The notes under the pieces are model-generated. The model ran no database searches, was not told the DNA's origin, and worked only from the letters and a program-made list of their open reading frames with translations. From NCBI GenBank assembly GCA_963659855.1, contig CAVKVK010000001.1, positions 18,850 through 82,849 of the forward strand: a DNA stretch of 64,000 bases. The letters are read 5' to 3'. This DNA comes from Parabacteroides distasonis (GTDB lineage Bacteria; Spirochaetota; Spirochaetia; Treponematales; Treponemataceae). Made by a program: the position numbers and the translations under genes. Below, one piece after another: positions 1 through 9,403 of this stretch (its first letter is position 1; every line of letters begins with the position of its first letter).

Positions 1-1
1 C

Positions 2-1342
2 GGCAAAAAAGACAGTTTGCCTGTAACCGTAAATTCTTCTGAAGAAGAAAAGTGGACTGCAAAAGTTTTGGATTCAAAAAATGCAGCTGTAAAATCTTAT
101 ACCTGGAAAGGAAAAATTCCTGACTTTGAATGGGATGGAACTGATGACAGCGGAAACAAGGTTGCAGACGGAACTTACAGAATTGCCTTTGCAAGCGTTG
201 ATATGGCTGGAAACAAGGCAAATGCCGAAATTGCAGGCATAAAAGTAGACAAGAGAGAAACAAAGGCTTACGTAACTGCCGATCTTGAATACTTTGCTCC
301 AAACGGCGACGGAATTGCAGATGTTCAGAAATTTGCAATCAGAACAAGTGTTGCCGACGGAATTGAAAGCTGGTCATTTGCAATTGTAAGTGCAGAAGGA
401 AACACAGTACGCGAGTGGACAAATGCAGATTCAAAAGATTTGCCGGCAGTAATCAACTGGGACGGCTTAGACAGTCAGCAGAAAGTTGCAGAAGGCGCAT
501 TTACAGGAAAATTGAATATTAACTACGAAAAAGGAAACGTTGTAAATGCAGTTTCTTCCGCATTTATCTGTACTGTAACTCCACCAAAACTTACAGTAAA
601 AACAGCTCCGCGCTACTTCTCTCCTGACAACGACGGCGAAGACGACGATCTTTATATTCAGCTTAAAGGAAGCAGCACTGTTCCATTAAAGAACTGGTCA
701 TTTACTGTAAAAGATCCGGAAAATGGCAAACCGTTCTGGAGCATTAACGGAAAATCAACAATTACAGAAAGATTTGTCTGGGACGGACGCGGAAACAATG
801 GTGAACTTGTTCAGTCGGCAATGGATTATCCGTACGTATTTACAGCAACAGATACACTCGGCATGACAAGCACTGTCGAAGGTAAAATAAGCGTTGATGT
901 TCTCGTAATTCGTGCAGGCGACGTTCTTAAAATGGCAGTTCCTTCAATTATCTTCCGTTCGGATGCTGCAGACTTTAAGACAGCCGACGAAGCAAAGGGT
1001 GGAATTACTGCTGAACAAAAGGCAAACAACGAACGCGTACTTAAACGAATTGCTGCGATTTTGAATAAATTCAACAATTACACAGTTACAATCGAAGGTC
1101 ACGCAAACAATGTTTCTGGAACAGAAACTGAAGAAAACGAAGACACAACTTTGTACGGAAAGGCTTTAAGACCGCTTTCTCAGGAACGTGCAGAGTTTGT
1201 AAAAAATGAACTTAAAAAGAACGGGGTTGATCCAGCCCGTCTTACAGCTGTAGGTCGTGGTGGAAGCCAGCCGGTAGTTGCCCGTAGCGATAAAGACAAC
1301 TGGTGGAAAAACCGTCGCGTTGAGTTTATTTTGAATAAATAG
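2..1342 (+). CDS. OmpA-family protein with FlgD Ig-like domains (5' truncated by window edge)
   Basis: Repeated 'W(D)G.D..G..V.DG.Y' and 'FSPDNDG..D' FlgD-Ig motifs. C-terminal OmpA domain (IEGHAN...LSQERA...NRRVEF). Frame is open to base 2. Confidence 0.85.
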   Translation, partial: GKKDSLPVTVNSSEEEKWTAKVLDSKNAAVKSYTWKGKIPDFEWDGTDDSGNKVADGTYRIAFASVDMAGNKANAEIAGIKVDKRETKAYVTADLEYFAPNGDGIADVQKFAIRTSVADGIESWSFAIVSAEGNTVREWTNADSKDLPAVINWDGLDSQQKVAEGAFTGKLNINYEKGNVVNAVSSAFICTVTPPKLTVKTAPRYFSPDNDGEDDDLYIQLKGSSTVPLKNWSFTVKDPENGKPFWSINGKSTITERFVWDGRGNNGELVQSAMDYPYVFTATDTLGMTSTVEGKISVDVLVIRAGDVLKMAVPSIIFRSDAADFKTADEAKGGITAEQKANNERVLKRIAAILNKFNNYTVTIEGHANNVSGTETEENEDTTLYGKALRPLSQERAEFVKNELKKNGVDPARLTAVGRGGSQPVVARSDKDNWWKNRRVEFILNK

Positions 1343-1380
1343 TTTTTTTATTCGGGCGCATTTTTGCCCATTCGTGTTGC

Positions 1381-1423
1381 GCAGTAAGTGGCACAAAAAG
1401 TGCCGCTTACTGCCATTTACACA
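1381..1423 (+). terminator. Stem-loop downstream of the OmpA gene
   Basis: GCAGTAAGTGGCAC-AAAAA-GTGCCGCTTACTGC inverted repeat about 40 nt after the stop codon. Confidence 0.5.
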
Positions 1424-1485
1424 GTTTTTGCGCCATTCACGGCGCATTTTTTTTAATTTTTTACATATAAGACAGTTTTAAAAAC

Positions 1486-1577
1486 CGGGCTATTCGGGGT
1501 TGCGGCGTCTTACGCGCCTTCATTCCTGCGCTTACGCTTCGGAACGCGCTGCGCGCGCCCCTGCTATCCCTTGCGCG
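1486..1577. repeat. GC-rich intergenic REP/MITE-like element, copy 1
   Basis: GC-rich island in AT-rich intergenic DNA. Shares GCGTCTTACGCGC and CGCTGCGCGC with the reverse complement of 6362-6446. Confidence 0.5.
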
Positions 1578-1590
1578 GATTATAAAATAA

Positions 1591-2409
1591 ATGCAAATGA
1601 CAGAACATTCACCTTCAAAAGAAAAAATTATTTTTCTTGCTGACAAATACGAAACTCCTGATTTTATAAAAAACGATCCTTCAAAATTTATGCACGAATT
1701 TTTGCCACAAAACGGCGGAAGCATAAAAGATGCAGAAGTTGTTGCTTTTATTTCTGCAAATCTTGCATTTGGCCGTCGTGAACAGATTTTGTCACATATT
1801 CAACTTATTCTTAACGAGATTCAAAAAAAACAAAAAACTCCTTCCAAATGGATTTTGGACGGAGATTATTCTTCTTTTTTTACAGATTCAAAAAAATCTT
1901 TTTACAGAATGTACACTTTTTCTGATATGCGAATCTTTTTTGACAGCATAAAAACTTTTTTAATTCAAAAAAACACACTCGGAGAATTCTTTAAAGAAAA
2001 ATACGAACAGGAGCTTTCTTTAAATCAAAATGTTTATCTGCATACTGTAATTGCCAGTTGTTTTAAGCAAAAATGTGCGCTGATAAGTTCTTCTAAAGGC
2101 GGAGCTGCAAAAAAATTGAATATGTTTTTAAGATGGATGGTTCGCACTTCTTCCCCTGTAGATCTTGGTTTGTGGACCTGGTACGACAGTTCAAAACTTT
2201 TAATGCCTTTAGATACTCACGTTATGCAGGAAAGTGTAAAATTTGGATTTTTGGAAAGAACTTCGAACGGAAAAATCCCGACAGCAAACTTAAAAACTGC
2301 TGTGGAATTAACCCGTAAAATGAATGAGTTTTTCCCCGGCGACCCGGTCCGGGCAGATTATGCACTTTTTGGACTTGGGGTCGACAGAGAATTCAATTTA
2401 ACGATTTAA
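1591..2409 (+). CDS. TIGR02757/DUF2400 family protein
   Basis: Motifs 'FI.NDP', 'LAFGRREQI', 'KKLNMFLRWMVR', 'VDLGLW', 'PLDTHV', 'DPVRADYALFGLG'. Confidence 0.85.
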   Translation: MQMTEHSPSKEKIIFLADKYETPDFIKNDPSKFMHEFLPQNGGSIKDAEVVAFISANLAFGRREQILSHIQLILNEIQKKQKTPSKWILDGDYSSFFTDSKKSFYRMYTFSDMRIFFDSIKTFLIQKNTLGEFFKEKYEQELSLNQNVYLHTVIASCFKQKCALISSSKGGAAKKLNMFLRWMVRTSSPVDLGLWTWYDSSKLLMPLDTHVMQESVKFGFLERTSNGKIPTANLKTAVELTRKMNEFFPGDPVRADYALFGLGVDREFNLTI

Positions 2410-2419
2410 CGTTAAACGA

Positions 2420-3787
2420 TTAAAAATAAGTTGTCATGAATACGCCGCTAGACCAGCATTTTCTGTTTTCGCCGTCAAAGGCTGTGCGCTGTTCAAAGTC
2501 GGCATATACTGCAAAACTTGTTGTTTTTGAATATTCAACAGAAAGCTGTGGACGAACGTTTACAATGTGTCCACCGTTCCAGTCTTTAGAAACATCGTAG
2601 TCGTCCCATCTGTCGTCTTTAGAACCTTGTGCAAAAGAACCCCAGACGCTAAATCCGAGTGTTTTGTTGATTGCAAAAGAAAGCGAAGCTCCTGTGTACC
2701 AGGCAAAATCGTAGTGAGAATTTTCAAAGAAGTTTACGCCAAGTTCCGGGCGAAGATTAATCTTTGTGTTTGGAATTGTAAAGCTGATTGCTGCTCCAGT
2801 TCCGTAAGCTTCGTCATTGTCGTCATCAGAAAAAAGCGAATCTGCTGCAAAGTACATATCCAGAATAAAATTAGCACGGCCGAGTGTAGCTCCAGAGTAG
2901 AAGTTTGCTTTTTCTTCAAAAGCGCCTTCGAGTGTGGCTGCAATGCTGAGCCAGTCAACAGGAGCAATTCTTAATCCGAGGTTAACTGCTGGATCGTCTG
3001 TGTTAAAACCGTTTGGAAGTGCTGCCCCAATCTGGAATTTTGAATCATTGTAGCGTACACCAACTGCACGTTTTGCATATTTATTTGCATAAGGAATAAA
3101 TCCTACAACATCTGCGCTGCCAGGTTTGTCTACATTAAACTTGTAAGAACCTGCATATTCAGAAGATGTCTGGATTACAGTTCCTGCGCGGTCGTCGTAT
3201 GCTGTAGAAAATCCGCCCTGGCGTACATGTGCGTCAGATTCCCAAAGCCAGTTGCCGTAGCGTGGAGCCGGGCCAACCTGCCAGTTGAGTTTTGTTCCAA
3301 ATCCAACATCAATGTTGCTTGAAGGATGCCATAAAAAGTTTACATAGTAAGAATCCTGCACTGTGTTAGAAACATTTGCCTGGTTGTTGAGTGAAACTCC
3401 TGTTTTTGCTGCAACCTCGGCTGTTTTTGCAGCAGAAATTGTGTTGTCGCCTGCATAAGAAGTAATTGTGCCAGAGTTTCTTCTTGTTCCGTATTTTAAG
3501 GAAAGTGGATTTAAGTTAGAAGTTCCGAGTACAAAATTGTCTACATTGCCATCGTTGTCGTAATTTGCTAAAAATCCCCAGTTGAGCATTCCTTCAACTG
3601 TAAACTTTTTTTTGTCGAATCTGCACTGTAAAGTGTCTGTAAAACCGTAATACATTGCATTTCCGTCGATTGGTGCTCCAAAACCAGTCCAGGTTGTGTT
3701 TTTAATTTGAGCTTTGTCTAAAACCTGTGCAGAAAGAGCACCAGCTCCAATAATCAAAGCTGAAAAAACTGTAAGAATTTTCTTCAT
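2420..3787 (-). CDS. Secreted, probable outer-membrane beta-barrel protein
   Basis: N-terminal signal peptide (ALSA-Q), amphipathic aromatic-rich strands, terminal Phe. Confidence 0.6.
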   Translation of the reverse strand: MKKILTVFSALIIGAGALSAQVLDKAQIKNTTWTGFGAPIDGNAMYYGFTDTLQCRFDKKKFTVEGMLNWGFLANYDNDGNVDNFVLGTSNLNPLSLKYGTRRNSGTITSYAGDNTISAAKTAEVAAKTGVSLNNQANVSNTVQDSYYVNFLWHPSSNIDVGFGTKLNWQVGPAPRYGNWLWESDAHVRQGGFSTAYDDRAGTVIQTSSEYAGSYKFNVDKPGSADVVGFIPYANKYAKRAVGVRYNDSKFQIGAALPNGFNTDDPAVNLGLRIAPVDWLSIAATLEGAFEEKANFYSGATLGRANFILDMYFAADSLFSDDDNDEAYGTGAAISFTIPNTKINLRPELGVNFFENSHYDFAWYTGASLSFAINKTLGFSVWGSFAQGSKDDRWDDYDVSKDWNGGHIVNVRPQLSVEYSKTTSFAVYADFEQRTAFDGENRKCWSSGVFMTTYF

Positions 3788-3981
3788 TTTGTTAAAACCT
3801 CCATATATCTGTAATTATAATCAGAGCGATGATTTATGTCTTTTAAAAAGCGTAAAATAAAACGTGGCCGCCTGATATTGTAAAAATATAGCTGTTATTT
3901 TCACTTAATAAAAATTATGTTACAATCGCGTCAGCTTTTTTTATAACTGTCACAAGCCAGTGGCAGCGTTAGGAGTGTTAT

Positions 3982-5475
3982 ATGGCAAAAAATGAAAAAG
4001 TTGTGGCTGATCCACACGCATGTACTTTGGACAAAATCATTTCGCTTTGTAAAAGACGTGGTTTTGTATATCAGGCTTCCGAAATTTATGGTGGACAGGC
4101 TGGTGCCTGGGATTACGGTCCGCTTGGTGTAGATTTTAAGAGAAACATTCAGAATGCATGGTGGAAGGAAATGACACAGCTCCACGACGACGTTGTTGGA
4201 CTTGATTCTGCAATTTTCCAGCATCACACAACCTGGAAGGCTTCTGGCCACGTAGATCATTTTTCAGATCCAATGGTTGACTGTCTTGAATGTCAGGCTC
4301 GTCATCGTGCAGATAAATTGATTGAAGACTTTGTTGCTGCAAATCCGGACAAAGATCCAGGAAAACCAGTTGATACAATGACTCACGAAGAAATGAAGGC
4401 TTATATCGACGCAAACATTGACTGTCCAACCTGCCATTCAAAAGAACGCAAATACACAGCAGTCCGCGAATTCAACCTTATGTTTAAAACTTATCAGGGA
4501 CCAATTGCAGACGAAAGCCATCTTATTTACCTGCGCCCAGAAACCTGCCAGGGAATTTTTACAGATTTTAAGAACATTGTTCAGTCTAACCGCATGAAAG
4601 TTCCGTTTGGAGTTGCTCAGGTTGGAAAATCTTTCCGTAACGAAATTATCTTTAAGAATTTTATTTTCCGTACCTGCGAATTTGAACAGATGGAAATGGA
4701 ATATTTCTGCAAACCAGGAACAGAAGACGAAACTTTTGATCGCTGGAGAAAAGAACGCTGGGCATTCTATCTTAAGTATGGTATTCAGGAAGATCATTTA
4801 AAATGGCATCATCATGACAAGCTTGCTCATTATGCAAAAGATGCTTACGACGTTACTTATAAATTCCCGATTGGTTTTGAAGAAGTTGAAGGAATTCACT
4901 CAAGAACAGACTTTGATTTGAGTCAGCACGCTGAATATTCTAAAAAAGACATGTCTTACATTGACCAGGAAGACGGAAACAAAAAATATGTTCCTTATGT
5001 AATCGAAACTTCTGCCGGCCTTAACAGAAACTTTCTTATGTTCCTTTGCGAAGCATACGAAGAAGAAAATGTTGGCAAAGACGGAGCTGAAGATTATCGT
5101 ACAGTTCTTCATCTGGATCCACGCCTGGCACCAATTACAGTTGCAGTTCTTCCATTGATGAAAAAAGACGGACTTGCAGAAAAAGCAAAGGAAATTCAGC
5201 ATTTGTTGAAGGAAGACTTTGTTACAGACTTTGACGTTTCTGGAACTGTAGGAAAACGCTACCGCAGACAGGACGAAGTTGGAACTCCATTCTGCGTAAC
5301 TGTTGACTACGATACAATCAGCGAGAAAAAAGACGACGGTTCTGCAAATGAACTTTTTGATACAGTAACTGTACGTTTCCGCGATTCAATGGAACAGGAA
5401 AGAGTAAAACTTTCTGATTTGCACTCATTCCTGTTTAATGCAATCAAAAACTACAAACCAGTTGTAAGAAAGTAA
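3982..5475 (+). CDS. glyQS: Glycine--tRNA ligase (homodimeric type)
   Basis: KRRGFVYQASEIYGG, WDYGPLG, YLRPETCQG, FRNEI, FEQMEMEYF; C-terminal anticodon-binding domain GKRYRRQDEVGTPFC. Confidence 0.97.
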   Translation: MAKNEKVVADPHACTLDKIISLCKRRGFVYQASEIYGGQAGAWDYGPLGVDFKRNIQNAWWKEMTQLHDDVVGLDSAIFQHHTTWKASGHVDHFSDPMVDCLECQARHRADKLIEDFVAANPDKDPGKPVDTMTHEEMKAYIDANIDCPTCHSKERKYTAVREFNLMFKTYQGPIADESHLIYLRPETCQGIFTDFKNIVQSNRMKVPFGVAQVGKSFRNEIIFKNFIFRTCEFEQMEMEYFCKPGTEDETFDRWRKERWAFYLKYGIQEDHLKWHHHDKLAHYAKDAYDVTYKFPIGFEEVEGIHSRTDFDLSQHAEYSKKDMSYIDQEDGNKKYVPYVIETSAGLNRNFLMFLCEAYEEENVGKDGAEDYRTVLHLDPRLAPITVAVLPLMKKDGLAEKAKEIQHLLKEDFVTDFDVSGTVGKRYRRQDEVGTPFCVTVDYDTISEKKDDGSANELFDTVTVRFRDSMEQERVKLSDLHSFLFNAIKNYKPVVRK

Positions 5476-5494
5476 AAAAAATTAACTTAATTAC

Positions 5495-5532
5495 GGGCTG
5501 TTCAAAGGTTTTTTTGAACTTTTGGGCAGCCC
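5495..5532. terminator. Palindromic stem-loop (terminator or REP-like)
   Basis: GGGCTGTTCAAAGGTT...AACTTTTGGGCAGCCC just after the glyQS stop. Confidence 0.55.
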
Positions 5533-5555
5533 ATGATTTTTTTGTGTGAGAAAAA

Positions 5556-6323
5556 ATGGATTATATTGCCCTCGGAAAATCGAATCTTTTAGTGAGCCGT
5601 ACAGCTTTAGGAGCAATGGCTCTTGCAAATGTTGATGACGATGAAGAAGCTTCTAGAATTATCAGCAGCGCCTACGAGGGTGGAATAAATTTTTTTGATA
5701 CAGCGCGCTCAAGCGAAGAAAGCGAAAAACGTCTGGGAGACGCTTTGCACGGTACAATCCGCAAAGATATTTTTGTTGCAACAAAGACGCGCGCTCACGA
5801 CGCCGACGAAATTGCCCGCGATATTGATTTAAGCCTTACAGCCTTAAAAACTGACTACATTGATCTTTACCAGCTCGACAATCCTGCATTTTTGCCCCAG
5901 AAAGGTGGAAGCGATGGAATTGTTGAAAAATTATTAAAATTAAAAAAGGAAGGCGTTATTCATCATATTGGTGTGTGCACAGAAAGTTTTGAGATTGCAC
6001 GCGATTTAATAAATTCTGACGGGCCGTGGGAAACTTTGCAGTATCCTTTTAATCTTTTGTGTTCGATAGAAGTGCAGGAACTTGTTTTTGACTGCCGCGA
6101 ACGCGATATTGGTTTTATTGCAATGCAGCCATTGTGCGGTGGCGTAATTCAGAATATTCCGCTGGCAATTGGATTTTTTAGTCAGTTTGAATATGCAGTT
6201 CCTGTCTGGGGAGCAAAGAGCCAGGAAGAATTGCAGCAGCTTTTGTATTTTACCGAAAATCCGCCGAACGTAAACGAACAGCTTTTGCAGGAATTGGAAA
6301 ATACAAGACAGTTCTTTAATTAA
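5556..6323 (+). CDS. Aldo/keto reductase
   Basis: LGKSNLLVS, GINFFDTA, ATKT, LKTDYIDLYQL, IAMQPLCGG. Confidence 0.9.
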   Translation: MDYIALGKSNLLVSRTALGAMALANVDDDEEASRIISSAYEGGINFFDTARSSEESEKRLGDALHGTIRKDIFVATKTRAHDADEIARDIDLSLTALKTDYIDLYQLDNPAFLPQKGGSDGIVEKLLKLKKEGVIHHIGVCTESFEIARDLINSDGPWETLQYPFNLLCSIEVQELVFDCRERDIGFIAMQPLCGGVIQNIPLAIGFFSQFEYAVPVWGAKSQEELQQLLYFTENPPNVNEQLLQELENTRQFFN

Positions 6324-6361
6324 AGTAAAGAATGTAATTGTCAGTTTACACTGTAAATCCT

Positions 6362-6446
6362 AGCCCCGGGTGTAGCAGCGCGCAGCGTTGGCAGCCTGCT
6401 GCCAATGGAGCGCGTAAGACGCGGAACTGCGGAACACGGGACGGAG
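6362..6446. repeat. GC-rich intergenic REP/MITE-like element, copy 2
   Basis: Lies between convergent genes. Internal hairpin TTGGCAGC...GCTGCCAA. Related in reverse complement to 1486-1577. Confidence 0.5.
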
Positions 6447-6471
6447 TGGAATAATTGTGCTCCAAAAAAAA

Positions 6472-7758
6472 TTAATTCTTAAGATTCAATGTTTTTAAAA
6501 CGTCTGCAACTTCCTGTTTGGTTAAAACGCGGACAATTTTGTTTTGTGCGTTGTCTGTCTGCACTGTAACAGGCCCGCCAGAAGAATCTTTTTCGCCAAG
6601 ATAAGAAACAATTGGATTGCCTGGAGAAGCCGGGCTTGCGTCTGTAACCTGAGCAATTTTTCCGTTAACAAGGTAAACGTAGGCTCCGATTGGAAAGAGC
6701 GAAAGTGAATACAAAAGTGCTTTGATTACAGTGTCGTCAAATTGTTTGCCTTCGTTTTTTAAAATTTCAACCATTGCAGCGTAGGATGAACGTGCCTGTC
6801 TAAAATGGCGTGGAGCGGTAATTGCTTCGAATGAGCATGCAACGCCGATTATTTTTGCAAAAATGTCGATTTGATTTCCTGAAAGCCGGCGAGGGTAGCC
6901 TGTTCCGTTTTCTCTTTCGTGGTGCTCTAAAATTCCAAGTTGAATTTGTGTTGGAAAATTATTTTCTTTTACAATGTTGAATCCCAAAACTGCGTGTGTT
7001 GCAAGTTTTGTTCTTTCGGAAGGAGAAAGACGGCGGTCGGTCATGTAAAGTTGTGGCGGAAGACGAATCTGGCCAATTTCGTGAAGAATGCAGCAGATCC
7101 CAAGATCAACGAGTTTTGAAAGAGTCATGCGAAGCTGCAGTCCGATTACAATTGCAATTACGGTTGAGCGCATGCTGTGGCTGATTAAATAGTTTTTGGT
7201 AATTGTATCCTGCGAAGGCGTTATGCGCAGAACAAAGCGACGGTTGTCTTTTATAAAAATGCAGAGTTCTTTTACGCTTTCGCTTAATTCCGTGTAATTT
7301 AGCACTTTGTGCGTTGCGTAGTGTGTGTAAACGGCTTTTATGTAGTCCATGTATTCGTTGTAAACGTCCTGAACTATATCCATTCTTGATTTTTCGTTGC
7401 TGGAAATATTATTGTTTGCTTCCTGGATTGCTTTTTTTACGCCGCCACTGATTTCTTTTTTTGGCTGTTCTTCTTTTATTCCAACTTCGTCAAAAGAAAC
7501 TGTTGTAAAATCTTCGCTATTTGCTTTTGGAAGTTGAATTGAATCAGCCTGATGATTCAATTCATTTTCTTTTCTTGCGAGGGCAACGCCTTTTGTTCCT
7601 GCTGTAAAAATTTCTGTAAATTTCCAGTCAGAAAGCATTTTTTTTAAGCTGTCTGTAAAAGGGCAGAGAGAATTTAAAAGAAGAAAATTCTTATCAAGAA
7701 AAACATCATCTGTAAAAAAAGTTTTGTCTGTTAATTCTGCAACGGAAAAAGAATTCAT
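6472..7758 (-). CDS. HD-GYP domain protein (c-di-GMP phosphodiesterase family)
   Basis: HHERENGTGYP motif. The HD position reads HE (LHEIG), so it may be degenerate. Confidence 0.85.
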   Translation of the reverse strand: MNSFSVAELTDKTFFTDDVFLDKNFLLLNSLCPFTDSLKKMLSDWKFTEIFTAGTKGVALARKENELNHQADSIQLPKANSEDFTTVSFDEVGIKEEQPKKEISGGVKKAIQEANNNISSNEKSRMDIVQDVYNEYMDYIKAVYTHYATHKVLNYTELSESVKELCIFIKDNRRFVLRITPSQDTITKNYLISHSMRSTVIAIVIGLQLRMTLSKLVDLGICCILHEIGQIRLPPQLYMTDRRLSPSERTKLATHAVLGFNIVKENNFPTQIQLGILEHHERENGTGYPRRLSGNQIDIFAKIIGVACSFEAITAPRHFRQARSSYAAMVEILKNEGKQFDDTVIKALLYSLSLFPIGAYVYLVNGKIAQVTDASPASPGNPIVSYLGEKDSSGGPVTVQTDNAQNKIVRVLTKQEVADVLKTLNLKN

Positions 7759-8134
7759 TTTTTATAAGCCCCCGAAATTTATTTCGGCAGAATTTTTGTA
7801 TTTTATAAGGGAATTTAATGTATTGTGCTAAAAGCGGGCCTTAAAATAAAAAAAGAGAAAGAATCTTTCACCTTCTTTCTCTTTTTAACATGGAGAGCCT
7901 TTCGGCCTGTCTTTTTATATTAACAAGGCGCCTGGATGTTTGGAGACACTAACTTTCGCATTTTATTAGAATCTCCTGCGCCCTGGTTTTTAATCAAAGA
8001 CATTTAAATTATCGATTTTCTGTTTCTGATTCTTTAGATTTATTTATATATTTTTTGTACATTTTTATTGCTTTTAAAAGTTCTTCGTAAATGAAAAATT
8101 GCAATATCAAATTGCACTATTTTTGAACTTTTTT

Positions 8135-9172
8135 TCAAAGGCTGTATATTTGGTCAAGATTCTCATTGAAAAGTTCTTCTGGCGTTTTGTAGCCCAGCCG
8201 CTTTCTTGGCAGTCCGTTTATCAGGTCTTCAATTCTTTCAAGCTCTTCCTCAGAGATTTTGTTGATGTCTGCGCCTTTTGAGATGAAACGTCTCAGAATT
8301 CTGTTGTGCCGCTCGTTTATTCCTCTCTCATATGACGAGTAAGGATGCGCGAAATAGATTCTTGTGTTTTCATTTTCAAGCTCTGCAAGGGAGGCGAATT
8401 CAAGCCCCCTGTCTGATGTCAGTGTCCGGAAAATTTCGCATGGCTTTTCGCCAAAGTCTGTGAAAAGCTGCTTGATTTTTAAATTGACTGCATCGGCTGT
8501 TTTCGTTGGAATCTTTCTTGTTATGTAGAAATCCGTCTTGCGCTCGGCGAGTGTCAGGACAACGGCGTTCTTCCCTTTTTTCTTTCCGATTACAGTGTCG
8601 ATTTCCCAGTGTCCGAATGTGCTTCTTGTCGCAACTTCCGCCGGTCTGCTGTCGATGCTGTTTCCAAGCCTCATCTTTCCTTTCCTGTTTTTTGGTACAC
8701 GTTTTTTTCGTCTTGTGCTTTCCGGCAGGTCTGAGACTTTCATTTTCATAAGCCCCTTGTGAATCCAATTGTAGAGTGTCTTTGTGCAGACGGAATTTTT
8801 TTTTGTGAAAATTTTCTCCGTCTTTAGTCTTCCAGCGGAGGCATCCAATGACCATTTTTTCAGCGGACTTGAAAAATTGTCTTCAACGCAGCTTATGAAC
8901 TTTGCGCATTTCCGGAATTTTCCGGTTCTGTGGCAACTTGTACGGTTTTTCTCGTACTTTTCCTGTCCTGTTTCCGCGCGGTAGCATAAGCGACGGCTTC
9001 TGTACATTTTCTTTGAGCCTCTTCTTATTTCGTTCTTGACAGTGTTGTATGCGCAGCCTATTTCCTTTGCGATTGAGTAGACTGTGTGTCCGTCCTTCAG
9101 CCTGAGCTGGATAAGCGTGCGCTCGCAGATTGTCAGGTGCTTGTTCCTGATGTGTTCGAGGGAGTATTTCAT
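8135..9172 (-). CDS. IS30-family DDE transposase
   Basis: N-terminal HTH (HLT..ER..I), GHWEIDTV, LTSDRGLEF, YFAHPYSSYERGINE, PRKRLGYKTP. ATG at 9172 has an AAGGA RBS. An IS30-like end TTGCAATATCAAATTGCAC lies at 8099-8117. Confidence 0.93.
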   Translation of the reverse strand: MKYSLEHIRNKHLTICERTLIQLRLKDGHTVYSIAKEIGCAYNTVKNEIRRGSKKMYRSRRLCYRAETGQEKYEKNRTSCHRTGKFRKCAKFISCVEDNFSSPLKKWSLDASAGRLKTEKIFTKKNSVCTKTLYNWIHKGLMKMKVSDLPESTRRKKRVPKNRKGKMRLGNSIDSRPAEVATRSTFGHWEIDTVIGKKKGKNAVVLTLAERKTDFYITRKIPTKTADAVNLKIKQLFTDFGEKPCEIFRTLTSDRGLEFASLAELENENTRIYFAHPYSSYERGINERHNRILRRFISKGADINKISEEELERIEDLINGLPRKRLGYKTPEELFNENLDQIYSL

Positions 9173-9403
9173 TCTGGCAGATTCCTTGTCGGGCTGGCTA
9201 TGCAGACGGAAAAAGAATTTGCAAGGTTCTGTTATTCTCAGAGCCTGATTTTTCACCGCATATCAAAGTCCGATTTGTTTAAATAATCATAATAACCTTG
9301 ATATGTCAAACTGTTTTTTCAAGATGATAAATGAGGGCTTGTGGAAAAAACGCTGTTTTTAGAGATTTCCGCAAGTCTGATGTTTCGACCGACACGTGTC
9401 GGT

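Noticed and set aside
7990..8100. tRNA gene or att direct repeat at the element's left junction
   Set aside because: No tRNA-like sequence is present, and a target duplication cannot be assessed without the far end.
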